NCBI RefSeq assembly: GCF_018350175.1
Contig: NC_058368.1
Coordinates: forward strand, 1,612,001-1,676,000
Reading direction: 5' to 3'
Origin: Felis catus
Taxonomy: Eukaryota
DNA length: 64,000 nt
Position numbers and translations under genes: made by a program. This document shows positions 12,846 through 24,100 of this stretch, piece by piece (position 1 is the first letter of the stretch; every line of letters begins with the position of its first letter). The notes under the pieces were generated by a model. The model did no database searches and was not told the DNA's origin. It saw nothing but the letters and a program-made list of their open reading frames with translations.

Positions 12846-13099
12846 GTGACACTTTCATTTGAAATTTGCATGCATTGCAGAATGATCACCGCAATCTAAT
12901 TACCATCTGTCACCAGAGTTACTACAATATTATGACTATGGTCTGTATGCTGTAATTTACATCCCTATGACTTATTTATTTTAGGACTGGGAATTTGTAT
13001 ACCAGTGACTTTTAATACCTTTGATGGTATTTGGAATAAACGTTTCTATCTGATATTTTTTCTCCCATAGTAGTGAATTTTCATCTTTAAAAAGTAATG

Positions 13100-14200
13100 A
13101 AAAATTAACTCAAGACCTAAATGTAGGAGTTAAACCATAAAATTGTTAAAACAAGTGTAAATCTTCTTAACCTGGGGTTAGGCAGTGGTTTTTTCAGATG
13201 AGACACTAAAAGCACGAGCAAAGAGAAAATGGATAAATTATACATCATCAAAATTCAAATGACACTTCAAAGGGTGGTATCAAGAAAATGAAAGATAAAA
13301 TATTTGCAAATCATAAATCTGGTAAGGGCTAGTATCCAGAATATATAGCTTTAATAACATAGATAAGACAACCCAATTTTTAAAAATGGGCAACGCATCT
13401 GAGAAGACATTTCTCCAAAGAGGTATACAATTGTCAATAAGCATATGAACTGATGCTCAACATCATTAGTCATCAAGGAAACGAAAATCAAAACCATAGA
13501 GATACCGTTTCATACTCATTAGAATGGCCATGGGGACATTAGCAAGTGTTAGCTGGGACATGGAGAAATCTAAACCTTCATACATTGCTGGCAGAGTGTG
13601 AAATGTGCAGCCACTTTGGAAAAGTCTAGCAGCTCCTCCAAGAGTTAAACGTAGAGTTGCCATATGACTCAATGCCATTCCTAGGTATACACTCAATATG
13701 AATAGAATTGAAAATTTATGTTCGCACTAAACGTACACACATGTTCATAGCAGCATTATTTATAATAGATATAAAGTGAAACAATCCAGCTGTCCATTAA
13801 CTAATAGATAAAATATTGTATATGCATACAATTTAATATTATTGAGCCATAAAAAGGAATGAAGTACTGATGCATGCTACAACACGGATAAACCTTGAAA
13901 ACATGCTAAGTGAAAGAAACCAGTCAAAAGGCTACATATTGGATGATTCCATTTGATTGATGAAAAAAATTTGATTGATGATTCCATATGAAATGTTCAG
14001 AATTGGCAAATCCATAGAGACAGAGTAGATTAGTGACACAGGCTAAGTGGGAGGGAGGAGGGAGGAATGGAGAGTGGCTGCTAAAAGGGTCCCAAATTTC
14101 TTAATGGGGTGTTGAAAATGTTCTGGAAGTAGTGGTGGTAGTTGCATACTAAAAAAACACTGAATTGTACACCTTTAAGTTTTATAGTATGTGAATTATA
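13100..14200 (+). mobile_element. Old L1 (L1MB/MC-like) ORF2 end and 3' UTR
   Basis: Degenerate ORF2 C-terminus and L1M 3' UTR motifs (GAAGTACTGATGCATGCTACAAC, GGCAAATCCATAGAGACAG). Confidence 0.8.
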
Positions 14201-14229
14201 CAAAATTGATAATTTTATATTTCACATAA

Positions 14230-15533
14230 AAATATTTTTTTTAAGTTTGAGAGAAAGTTCATGCGCATGTGCGTGAACAGGGGAGAAGCAGAGAGAGAGG
14301 GACAGAGAGAATCCCAAGCAGACTCCGTGTTGTCTTAACGGAGCCCTACACAGGGCTGGAACTCACCGTGACATTGTGACCTGAGCCAAAATCAAGAGTT
14401 GGACACTTAACTGACAGCCACCCAGGCACCCCCACATAAAAATAATTTTTAAAAGGTTACAAGTAGCCATATATGTTTGGCCTCATACTGAGCAATAAGA
14501 TTAAGCTGAAATTTTTGTAGGAATTTACTGGCACACTTAAAATTGTACCAACTTAAAAAAAGCACGTATTTAGTTTTTCTTTTTTGTGTGTGTTTTTTTA
14601 ATTTAAGAGAGAGAGACAGCATGTGTGCCTGCACGTGGGGGAAAGGGGCACACAGAGAGAGAATCTTAAGCAGGCTCCATGCTAGCATGGAGCCTGACAG
14701 GGGGCTTGATCCCATGACCCTGGGATCATGAAGTCAAGAGTCGGATGCCCAACCGAGCCACCCAAGTGCCCCTAAAAATATGTATTTCAAGGTAAAGTAA
14801 TTCAATACTACATTTCTTGGGTACCTAGCCTGACCCCTCCCCTAAATTGCCTAAAAGATTACTCAGTTTGAATGATTCTTTGTCTGAGAATTCTTCCCAA
14901 ATTCTCTAGTAATCACTGCATTTACAGTATATGTATACAGTAATTAAATTTCCCGCTTCTATTTTACTTTGACATCTGTTTTATTCTGTCTTGCATTTTT
15001 CTCAATATTTTATTATGAAAATTTTCAAATGTACAGTAAAGCTTAAAAAATTTTACAGCGAACATCATACCTGCTACATAGATTCTACCATTAACATTTT
15101 CATGTACTTGCTTTATCATGTATCTTTCATTTATCCATGTTATTTTTATTTATTTATTTCGAGAAAGTGCACACACATGTGTGCGTGAGCACAGGTGGGG
15201 CAGAGGAAGAGGGAGAGAGAATTTTAAGATTCTCTGTTATTTTTATGCATATCAAACTGAATTACAGATATTAAGCTTTCCCTTAAATACTTAGGTATGC
15301 ATATTATAGTTTGATATTTATTTACAGTTTTTTCTTTCAAGAAAAAACGTATAATGAAAGGAAAAATCGTAAGTATATGTTTGTTGACTTTTTACAAGTG
15401 TGATTACCAGTCTGACCCAAACTATTGTCAAGATATAGAATATTCATCACCCTAGAAAATTAAAAAAAAATTTAATGTTTGTTTATTTTTGGGAGAGAGA
15501 GCAAGTGAGAGAGCAAGCCGGGGAAGGGCAGAG

Positions 15534-15575
<42 letters not shown>

Positions 15576-16233
15576 CAGAATGGCTCCAGGCTCTGAGCTT
15601 TCAGCACACAGCCAATGTGGGGCTCGAACCCACAAATCGTGAGATCATGACCTGAGCCAAAGTCAGACACTTAACTGACTGAGCCACCCCCAGGCGCCCT
15701 ACCCTAGAAAATTCTATAATCTGCCCTTTTTCATTCAATCTCTAGTCTCCCACGCCTAAACAGCAACCACCTTTCTGATTGTTTTCTACAATAGTTTAGT
15801 CTCTTCTAGAACTTTAAATCAACAAAGCAATATATAAGGTTCAGTTTTGTGAGGCTTCTTTCACTTAATTGAGATTCTTCCATTTTATGTATGTCATCGG
15901 TGCATTTTTTTTTCTGAATAATACTTTGTTGCATAAATATGCTTATCCATTCTGTTGATGGGCATCTGGTCTGTTTCTAGTTTTTGACTATTATGAATAA
16001 ACCTCCTGTGAACATTCTTTTTTTTTTTTTCAACTTTTATTTATTTTTGGGACAGAGAGAGACAGAGCATGAACGGGGGAGGGGCAGAGAGAGAGGGAGA
16101 CACAGAATCAGAAACAGGCTCCAGGCTCTGAGCCATCAGCCCAGAGCCTGACGCGGGGCTTGAACTCACGGACCGCGAGATCGTGACCTGGCTGAAGTTG
16201 GACGCTTAACCGACTGCGCCACCCAGGCGCCCC
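14230..16233 (-). mobile_element. Cluster of antisense Can-SINEs (~14235-14432, 14575-14772, 15465-15699, 16018-16233) among old L1M fragments
   Basis: Four reverse-complement SINE heads with T-tails. The 16018 copy is the CpG-rich young subfamily with TSD AACATTCTT. Confidence 0.88.
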
Positions 16234-16792
16234 AAACATTCTTATATATCTGTAGACCTATGTATTCACTTCTCAGGTAAATACTTGGGAGTGGAATTGC
16301 TGGTTTGTAAGAAATATATGTTAATTTTATGAAAGTGCCAGACTTTTTTTCCAAAATTGTACTATATTACCCCCCCCAACAACAATGTAGGACTCTGGAT
16401 TACTCCATATCATTGCCGACCTTTTGCGTTGTTGGTTTTTTAAATTGAGCCGTTCTGGTAAGTGTGTGGTGGTTCCTGCCTTGCTTTGCACTTGACTCTT
16501 ACATCCCCTGTTCTGCGCTTGATGCTAAGCTCTTTGACACTCAGGGCAACTAACTCGTACCTGTGTCTAGTGCCTTTCAATGCAACAGGTGTGGAATAAA
16601 TGTAAAATGAGAGCAATGAACGAGTGTTTTGACACCTAGTTTTGAGAATTTGACGTGAAAAAAATTAAGTCGTAAAAATATGTGGCAATAAACTTGACCA
16701 GAAAGGTTGTTAAGTAGTTCTACTTTATTTCAATTAAGGATTATTTTATATAGCAAGAACATATTTACACTGCCAATTTTTCATAGGTACAA

Positions 16793-16882
16793 ATGATGCA
16801 AAATGTACACCTGGCCCCAGAGACAGATGAAGATGATCTTTATTCTGGTTATAATGACTACAATCCAACCTATGACACTGAG
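16793..16882 (+). CDS. IFT88: IFT88 coding exon 1 (exon begins 16787): MMQNVHLAPETDEDDLYSGYNDYNPTYDTE
   Basis: Acceptor tttttcatag|GTACAAATG, donor GAG|gtaaaa. 90 nt coding, ends phase 0. Matches the recalled IFT88 N-terminus. Confidence 0.96.
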
Positions 16883-17559
16883 GTAAAAAAATAAAAATAA
16901 AAATAAATCTAGTTTTTCTGTTGGTCTTTGCTAACCAGCTGGTTCATGAAAACTTTGGATTTGAGGGTTCTGCTTTATTATCTTTAAATTAAGTAAACTG
17001 ATTAAAAGCCTGGAAAAGTGCTACTTCTGAAGTCTGTACTAACTTCCACTAATAATACTAATTGCAGCAAAAGGGAAAATCATGAGAAAGGTTATAGAAA
17101 CAAATTAGGGTCGATTATATACTTGTATTTTCCAGCACTAGCTATCTGAATGTGTAAGTAAAAAGACTTAAATCACTTGAGGTACCTAAAATCAGTTTTT
17201 TTTTTTTTTTAATTTCCTAAATTTGAAATGTCATGTAGTGATTTTTTTCTTTTAATTAAAATATACAAATATTTTATAGAAAACTTAGGAAATAGAATCA
17301 CAGAAACTATTACCACCCAGAGGTAAACATTAACTAGCTTATAATGCTTATGTCACCAAACATTTCCCTATGCAAATATATGTGTATCTCTATTTTTGGA
17401 TAAAATGGTATCCTACTGTGTGTACTGTTTTGTAACCTGCTTTTTGTCTTTTATAAACATTCCTTTATGTCAACAAATCTATATCTACTTAGTATTTAGT
17501 GGGATAGTAAACTAAAAGATGAAATTGTTAAGACAAATAGTTGAATTAAACTGGAATAT

Positions 17560-17798
17560 TTTATTTTTATTTATTTATTTTTTAAGATTTTTCTCTTAAA
17601 TTTATTTATTTATTTTGAGAGAGAGAGAAAGCGTATGCCGAGGTGGAACAGAGAGAGGGAGAGAAAGAGAATCCCAAGCAGGCTCTGCACTGTGAGTGCA
17701 GAGCCCAAAGCAGGGCTCGAATTCACAAACCGTGAGATCATGACCTGAGCTGAAATCAAGAGTTGGCCACTTAACTGACTGAGCCACCCAGGTGCCCC
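17560..17798 (-). mobile_element. Can-SINE
   Basis: Reverse head; TSD-like GAATATTTTA. Confidence 0.9.
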
Positions 17799-18633
17799 AA
17801 TACTTGAATATTTTAAATCTGTTTATATCATTGTGAGACTTTGAGTTTCCAAACTGTAAAACAAAACAAAACTTTTTTATAAAGTTACCTTGAATTAGTG
17901 TGTGAAAAGAGTGAGGATGAAAGACACGATTGTTAATTTATTTGCTAGTATATAATAATCAAATATTAGCATTTATCGGACTTTATATGAATTTAGGAAA
18001 ATCTTATATTCTAGAGTTTTTTATATAGCTTTCAGTCATTTTTCAATTGTTTTTTCCTCTGGAGAAAAATGGTAGTCTGTGAATGTAAGACCTGGAAAGA
18101 AAATAGAAACCATTCACTTACTCTATATGAAATAAAGATCTAGGCGATGTGATCATTTAACAGAAAATTTGAAAACTACAGAAGACTGGGGAAAAATGAT
18201 GTAAATCCTGTCACTCAAAGATCACCTATATTAAGTATATCTATCACCTGACATTGTGGTGCATTCCCCGTCTTCTAATATACACAAGTGTTTCCCTCCC
18301 TGTGTGTACTGTGTATACACACAGTATGATTATATAGACTCCTTTTTAAAAATTTGTATTAAAACATAGATGTTCTCCTAGGTTTGTACAGATTTTGAAA
18401 ACTACTGTGTTTTCAAAACACAGTGTTTTTCAGTGTTGAAAACTAAATTACCCATAATTCCGTCACTCTGAAATAACTATTGTTAACATTTTGTTGCTTT
18501 GTTTTTCTTTTATGCATATATTTACAGTTTTCTTTTAACATGTTTGGAATTGAACTAGGATTTACTTTTCTGTTTGCTTTTTTACATCCAACTACATTAC
18601 AAGTAATGTCTCATGATACTAAAGATTTAAATA

Positions 18634-18981
18634 CAGTTGACCCTTGAATTGACCCACCTCCCTCCCCCCCATGTAGTCAAAAATCTATATACAACTTTTA
18701 ACTCCCCCCAAACTTAGCTGCTAATAGCCCACTGTTAACCAGAAGCCTTACCAATAACAAAGTCAATTGGCACATATTTTGTATGTTATATATGTCATAT
18801 ACTGTATTGTTACAATAATATCCTTTTTCTTAATTTTTTTAGCTTATTTAGACTATATGGTTTGCGAGTTTTTTCAAGTTGTCACAAATCTTCAAAGAAT
18901 TTCCCAATATATTTATTGGAAAAGAGTCATATATAGGTAGACCAATGGCAGTTCAAACCTGTGTTGTTCAAGGGTTAACTG
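18634..18981. mobile_element. TcMar-Tigger MITE (Tigger2a-like)
   Basis: TA|CAGTTGACCCTTGAA ... TTCAAGGGTTAACTG|TA terminal inverted repeats with TA TSD. Confidence 0.85.
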
Positions 18982-19265
18982 TATAATTTAATTGCTACAT
19001 TTTATTGAGTATGTATAGTTGATTAGAACTAATTTCAGATCATAGGATATTTATTTTCAGTTTTCTGTTGTAAATAACAACTATGCAATGAACAATTTTA
19101 TACATAAACAGTTTTCTCTATTTTTAGCAACATTTCCTTGCCTAAAGTCTCAGAAATAGAATTAATAGATAATGAATATGATCACTTTTAAAGCACCAGA
19201 GAAACTTCCTAACTTCTCAGGTCATCACAATGTGGCTTCATTATTTAATTGAAAGTGAATATTCA

Positions 19266-19493
19266 GGGGCACCTGGGTGGCTCAGTTGGTTGAGCGTCCA
19301 ACTTTGGCTCAGGTCATGATCTTGTGGTCTGTGAGTTCGCGCCCTGTGTCAGGCTCTGTGCTGACAGCTCAGAGCCTGGAGCCTGCTTCCGATTCTGTGT
19401 CTCCCTCTCTCTCTCTCTGCCCCTCCCCCATTCATGCTCACTCTCTCTCTCTCTCTCTCTCTGTCAAAAATAAACAAACATTAAAAAAAAAAA
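19266..19493 (+). mobile_element. Can-SINE
   Basis: TSD GAAAGTGAATATTCAG. Confidence 0.92.
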
Positions 19494-20660
19494 GAAAGTG
19501 AATATTCAGAATGTCAGACACAAAAATAAATAGTAAGATAAAAATGACATTTGCTTTACGCATGATTTTCTTATACCTTAATTAATTGGACTAATAACAA
19601 GCTTAATATATAAGTGAATTAATTGAAATAATTGTTCAGATGTTCACAGATTATGGAAATTGCTAGTAAAATCATGAACAAAGAAAAATTACAAAAGTTG
19701 TGGTAGTTTGGTATTTGTAGGCGGAGAGTTTGTTGACAATTTTAGTTTGTCAGTTAGAATTCATTGAATTGATTAATCAAATTTTACTAATCGTATAGGA
19801 ATATTAGAAGACTTCCTTTTCCTAAAGGATCCACCAGAATCGTATAATTAATGATGCTGAGGGTTACCTTTGGCTTTATACTTCATATGAAAGTTGCCTA
19901 GTTTCCATGGCCAACTGAGAATTGTGTACTTATTAGATTTATGTAATTGATGTGGAAGGTTATAAAGATTATTTAAGGTAAAAATTAAAGAAGGTTTAGA
20001 CATAATAAAATCATGTTTAAAGTGCATCACATTAGCATCTGGTTATATAAACATTTTACTTTAATTGTTTGCAGAGTTTTTAGAAGTTGATCAATAGTGA
20101 TTGTTTTTTGATTTATTGTATTTTTTTTAATCATCAGCAAGTATATTTTTGTGGGACATAGATTGAAATAAATCAGAGGCAAGTCTGACAATTGCCCATA
20201 AGATGTATGGGAAGGCTTACAGCCAGATTTTGTGTTGGTGAAGGAATAGGAGATAAAGGCTGGTTAGAAGGTTGGTAGTTGCTAAGATTGGGTGCTTTTG
20301 AGAGAGTCAAAAAACGACCTTTGTCCTGGAAACCCAGGAACATTTGTATCTTGCTCTTGACTAATACCTTCCTCACGTTTCCTGATGAAGAATAGAAGTA
20401 TAGGCCGGAATCAGCAAAGCACAGTGACATTTCATTTCAGCTAAGGCTTTGGTTCCAAATGGCACAGCAGGTTGGACCCCATGGAGCTTTTCCACGGGGA
20501 AGCTTTTCTTAGCTCCAGTCTGAATTCCAGACTTCGCTCCTCCAGTGAAATGAAATGTCCTGCGGTGTTTTCACCTGGGGCTGGTAGCCGTGATCGCAGC
20601 ATATGGAAGGATAGAAGGGAGGGAGAGAGGACAGAGAGGAAGGGAGAGGAAGAGTTGCAG

Positions 20661-20710
20661 CTCTCAATTCTTACTGTTCCAGCTACTCTCAATTCTTACT
20701 GTTCCAGCTA
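20661..20710. repeat. Perfect 25-bp tandem duplication
   Basis: CTCTCAATTCTTACTGTTCCAGCTA x2. Confidence 0.95.
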
Positions 20711-21050
20711 CTTGGAAGAAAGGAACAGAAGAAAGGCCATATCCTTGTGTACTTGATCTTTTCACCAGGCATAATGATACCACACATTTAAACAGTGGCC
20801 AGTAAAATACCCTTAAAGTTGACTGACATTACCAAGTACTCCCCTTCCTAGAAAAGGAAGGAGCCTTATATTTTGGGTAGTGTTATGGGGGAGCTTTGAG
20901 GACAGGAGTCCTTGAGCCACTACCTGGATGTCAGCAGGTGGGGTAAGTTGAATCATAGAGGATCATGAATACCAAACAGAAGACATTAAACTTATTATTG
21001 TTTTCAATTCTCACTTCACATTGAATGTTAAATTTGCCTTTTCACTTTAG

Positions 21051-21113
21051 GAATTAGAGAACGACATAGCTTTTCAGGAAGCCGTGAGAACTAGTCATGG
21101 CAGAAGACCTCCA
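21051..21113 (+). CDS. IFT88: IFT88 coding exon 2: ELENDIAFQEAVRTSHGRRPP
   Basis: ttcactttag|GAA...CCA|gtaagt; 63 nt, phase 0-0. Confidence 0.96.
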
Positions 21114-21180
21114 GTAAGTGCACGTTTTTTGTTGTGGTGAAAAATACATGACATAAACTTAGCCATCGTAACCATTTTTA

Positions 21181-24100
21181 TTTATTTTATCTTATTTTTG
21201 AATTCCGGTTAGTTAACAGTGTTATATTAGTTTCAGACATACAATATAGTGAATCAACAATTCCGTACATCACCTGGTGCTCATCACAGCAAGTGTACTC
21301 CTTAATCCCCGTCACCTATTGATCCCGTCCCCTTACCTCCCCTCCCGCCCTCCCCCCTCCCTGGTCACCATCAGTTTGTTCTCTATAGCTAAGAGACTGT
21401 TTCTTGAGTTTTCTCTTTTTTTCCCTTTGCTCTTTTATTTCTTCAATTCCACATATGAGTGAAATCCTACAGTATTTGTCTTTCTCTGACTGACTTATTT
21501 TGGATAGCATTTTATTCTCTAACTCCATCCACATCTTTGCAAATAGAAAGATTTCATTTCATTCCTTTGCAAATAGAAAGATTTTATTCCAATATCCTAT
21601 TATATACATATAAATATACATATATATACATATATGTATGTATACATACACACACACACACCCACACACTACATCTTTAATCCATTCATCAGTCGATGGA
21701 TACTTGGGCTGCTTCTGTAATTTGGCTATTGTAAATGATGCTGCTATAAACAAAGGAGTGCGTGTATCCCTTTGAATTAGTGTTTTTGTATCCTTTGGGT
21801 AAATACTCAGTAGTGCCATTGCTGGATCATAGAGTGGTTCTATTTTTAACTTTCTGAGGAACCTCCATACTGTTTTCCACAGTGATTGTACCAGTTTGCC
21901 TTCCCACCAACAATGCAAGAGAGTTCCTTTTTCTGCACATCTTTGCCCACACCTGTTGTTTCTGGGGTTGGTGATTTGAGCCATTCTGACAGGTGTGAGG
22001 TGATAGCTCATTGTAGTTTTGATTTGCATTTCCCTGATGGTAAGTGACAATGAGCATCTTTTCATGTGTCTGTTGGCCATCTGGATGTCTTCTTCGTAAA
22101 AATGTCTATTCATATCTTCTGCCTGTTTTTTAACTGGATTGTTTGTTGTATGGGTGTTGAGTTTTATAAGTTCTTTACATATTTTGGATACTAATCCTTT
22201 ATTTGATAAAACATTTGCAAATATTTTCTCCCATTCCATAGGTTGCCTTTAATTTTTTAGATTGTTTCCTTTGCTATGCAGAAGCTTTTTTTTTAAATGT
22301 TTGTTTATTTATTTTTGAGGGAGGGAGCAGGGGAGAGGCAGAGAGAGAGAGAGAGTGTCCCAAGCAGACTCTGCACTGAGAGTGAAGAGCCCGATGTGGG
22401 GCTTGAACTCACGAACTGCGAGATCATGCCCTGAGCTGAAGTCAGAGGCTCAACCAGCTGAGCCACAGGCACCCTGCTGAAGCTTTTTATTTTGATGAAG
22501 TCCCAACAGTTTATTTTTGCTTTAATTTCCCTTGCCTCAGGAGACCTATCTAGAAAAAAAGTTGCTATGGCTGATGCCAGAGAAAATAACTGCCTATGTT
22601 TTCTTCAAGGACTTTTAGGGTTTCAGGTCTCAACATTTAGGTCCTTAATCCATTTTGAGTTTATTTTTGTGTATGGTGAAAGAGGATGTTCCAGTTTCGT
22701 TCTTTTGCATGTGGCTGTCCAGTTTTCCCAACACCGTTTGTTGAACAGACCGTCTTTTTCCCATTGGCTATTCTTTCCTGCTCTGTTGAAGATGAATTGA
22801 TCATATAGTTGTGAGCTTGTTTCTGGGTTTTCTATTCTGTTCCACTGATCTATGTGTATATTTTTGTGCCAGTACCATACTGTTTTGATTACAGCAGCAT
22901 TATAATATAACTTCGTGTCTAGAATTGTGGTGCATCCAGCTTTCCTTTTCTTTTTCAGGGTTACTTTGACTGTTTGGAGTCTTTGGTACTTGCATACAAA
23001 TTTTAGGATTGTTTGCTTTAGTTCTATGAAAAATGCTGTTGGTATTTTGATAGGGTTTGCATTAAATGTGTAGATTACTTTGGGTCATATAGACATTTCA
23101 ACAATATTTATGCTTCCAAGCCGTGAGCATGGAATGTCTTTCCATTTCTTTGTGTCGCCTTCAGTTTCTTTCCTCAGTGTTTTATAGTTTTCAGAGTACA
23201 GGTCTCTCACCACTTTGGTTAGGTTTATTCCTAGGCATCTTATTATTTTTGGTGTAATTGTAAATGGGATTAGTTCCTTAATTTGTCTTTCTGATGTTTC
23301 ATTATGGGTAGTTAGAAACAACACATTTTTGTGTTGATTTTGTGGCCTGTGACTTTACTGATTTGTTTATCAGTTCTAGCAGTTTTTTTGGTGGTCTTTT
23401 GGGTTTTGTACATAGAGTATCATGTCATCTGCAGATAGTAAAAGTTTTACTTCTTCTTTGCTGATTTGGACACCTTTTATTTCTTTCTCTTTTCTGTTTG
23501 CTGTGGCTAGGATTTCCAGTACTATGTTAAATAAAAGTGGTGAGAGTGGACATCCCTGTCTTATTCCTACTGTAGAGGAAAAGCTCTCAGTTTTCCCGCA
23601 TTTAGGATGATGTTAGCTGTGGGTTTTTCACATGTGGCCTTTATTACATTGAGGTTTGTTGCCTCTAAACCTACTTTGTTGAGGGCTTTTGTCATGAATG
23701 GATGTTGTACTCTGTCAAATTCTTTTTCTGCATCTATTGAAATGATCATATGGTTTTTATACTTTCTCTTATTAATGTGATGTATCATGCTGACTGACTT
23801 GCAAATATTGGACCACTCTTGCAACTCGGGAATAAATCCCACTTGATTGTTGTGGATGGTTAGTTTAAATGTATTATTGGATTGCTTCTCGGCCTTTTGG
23901 CTAAGATCAAGTGTAGTTTAAATGTATTATTGGATTCAGTTTGCTACTATTTTGTTGAGTACTTTTGCATTTATGTTCATCAGAGATATTGGCCTGTAGT
24001 TCTCTCTTTTAGTGTTGCCTTTATCTGCTTTTAGAATCAGGATAATGCTGACCTCATAGAATGAATTGGGAAGTTTATCCTTCTGGTTCTATTTTTTGGA

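Noticed and set aside
20100..20900. Unique-looking segment with an A-rich end on the minus strand and overlapping 70-94 aa ORFs, possibly a retrocopy
   Set aside because: No TSD, no recognisable parent gene, and the ORFs resemble no protein I know.
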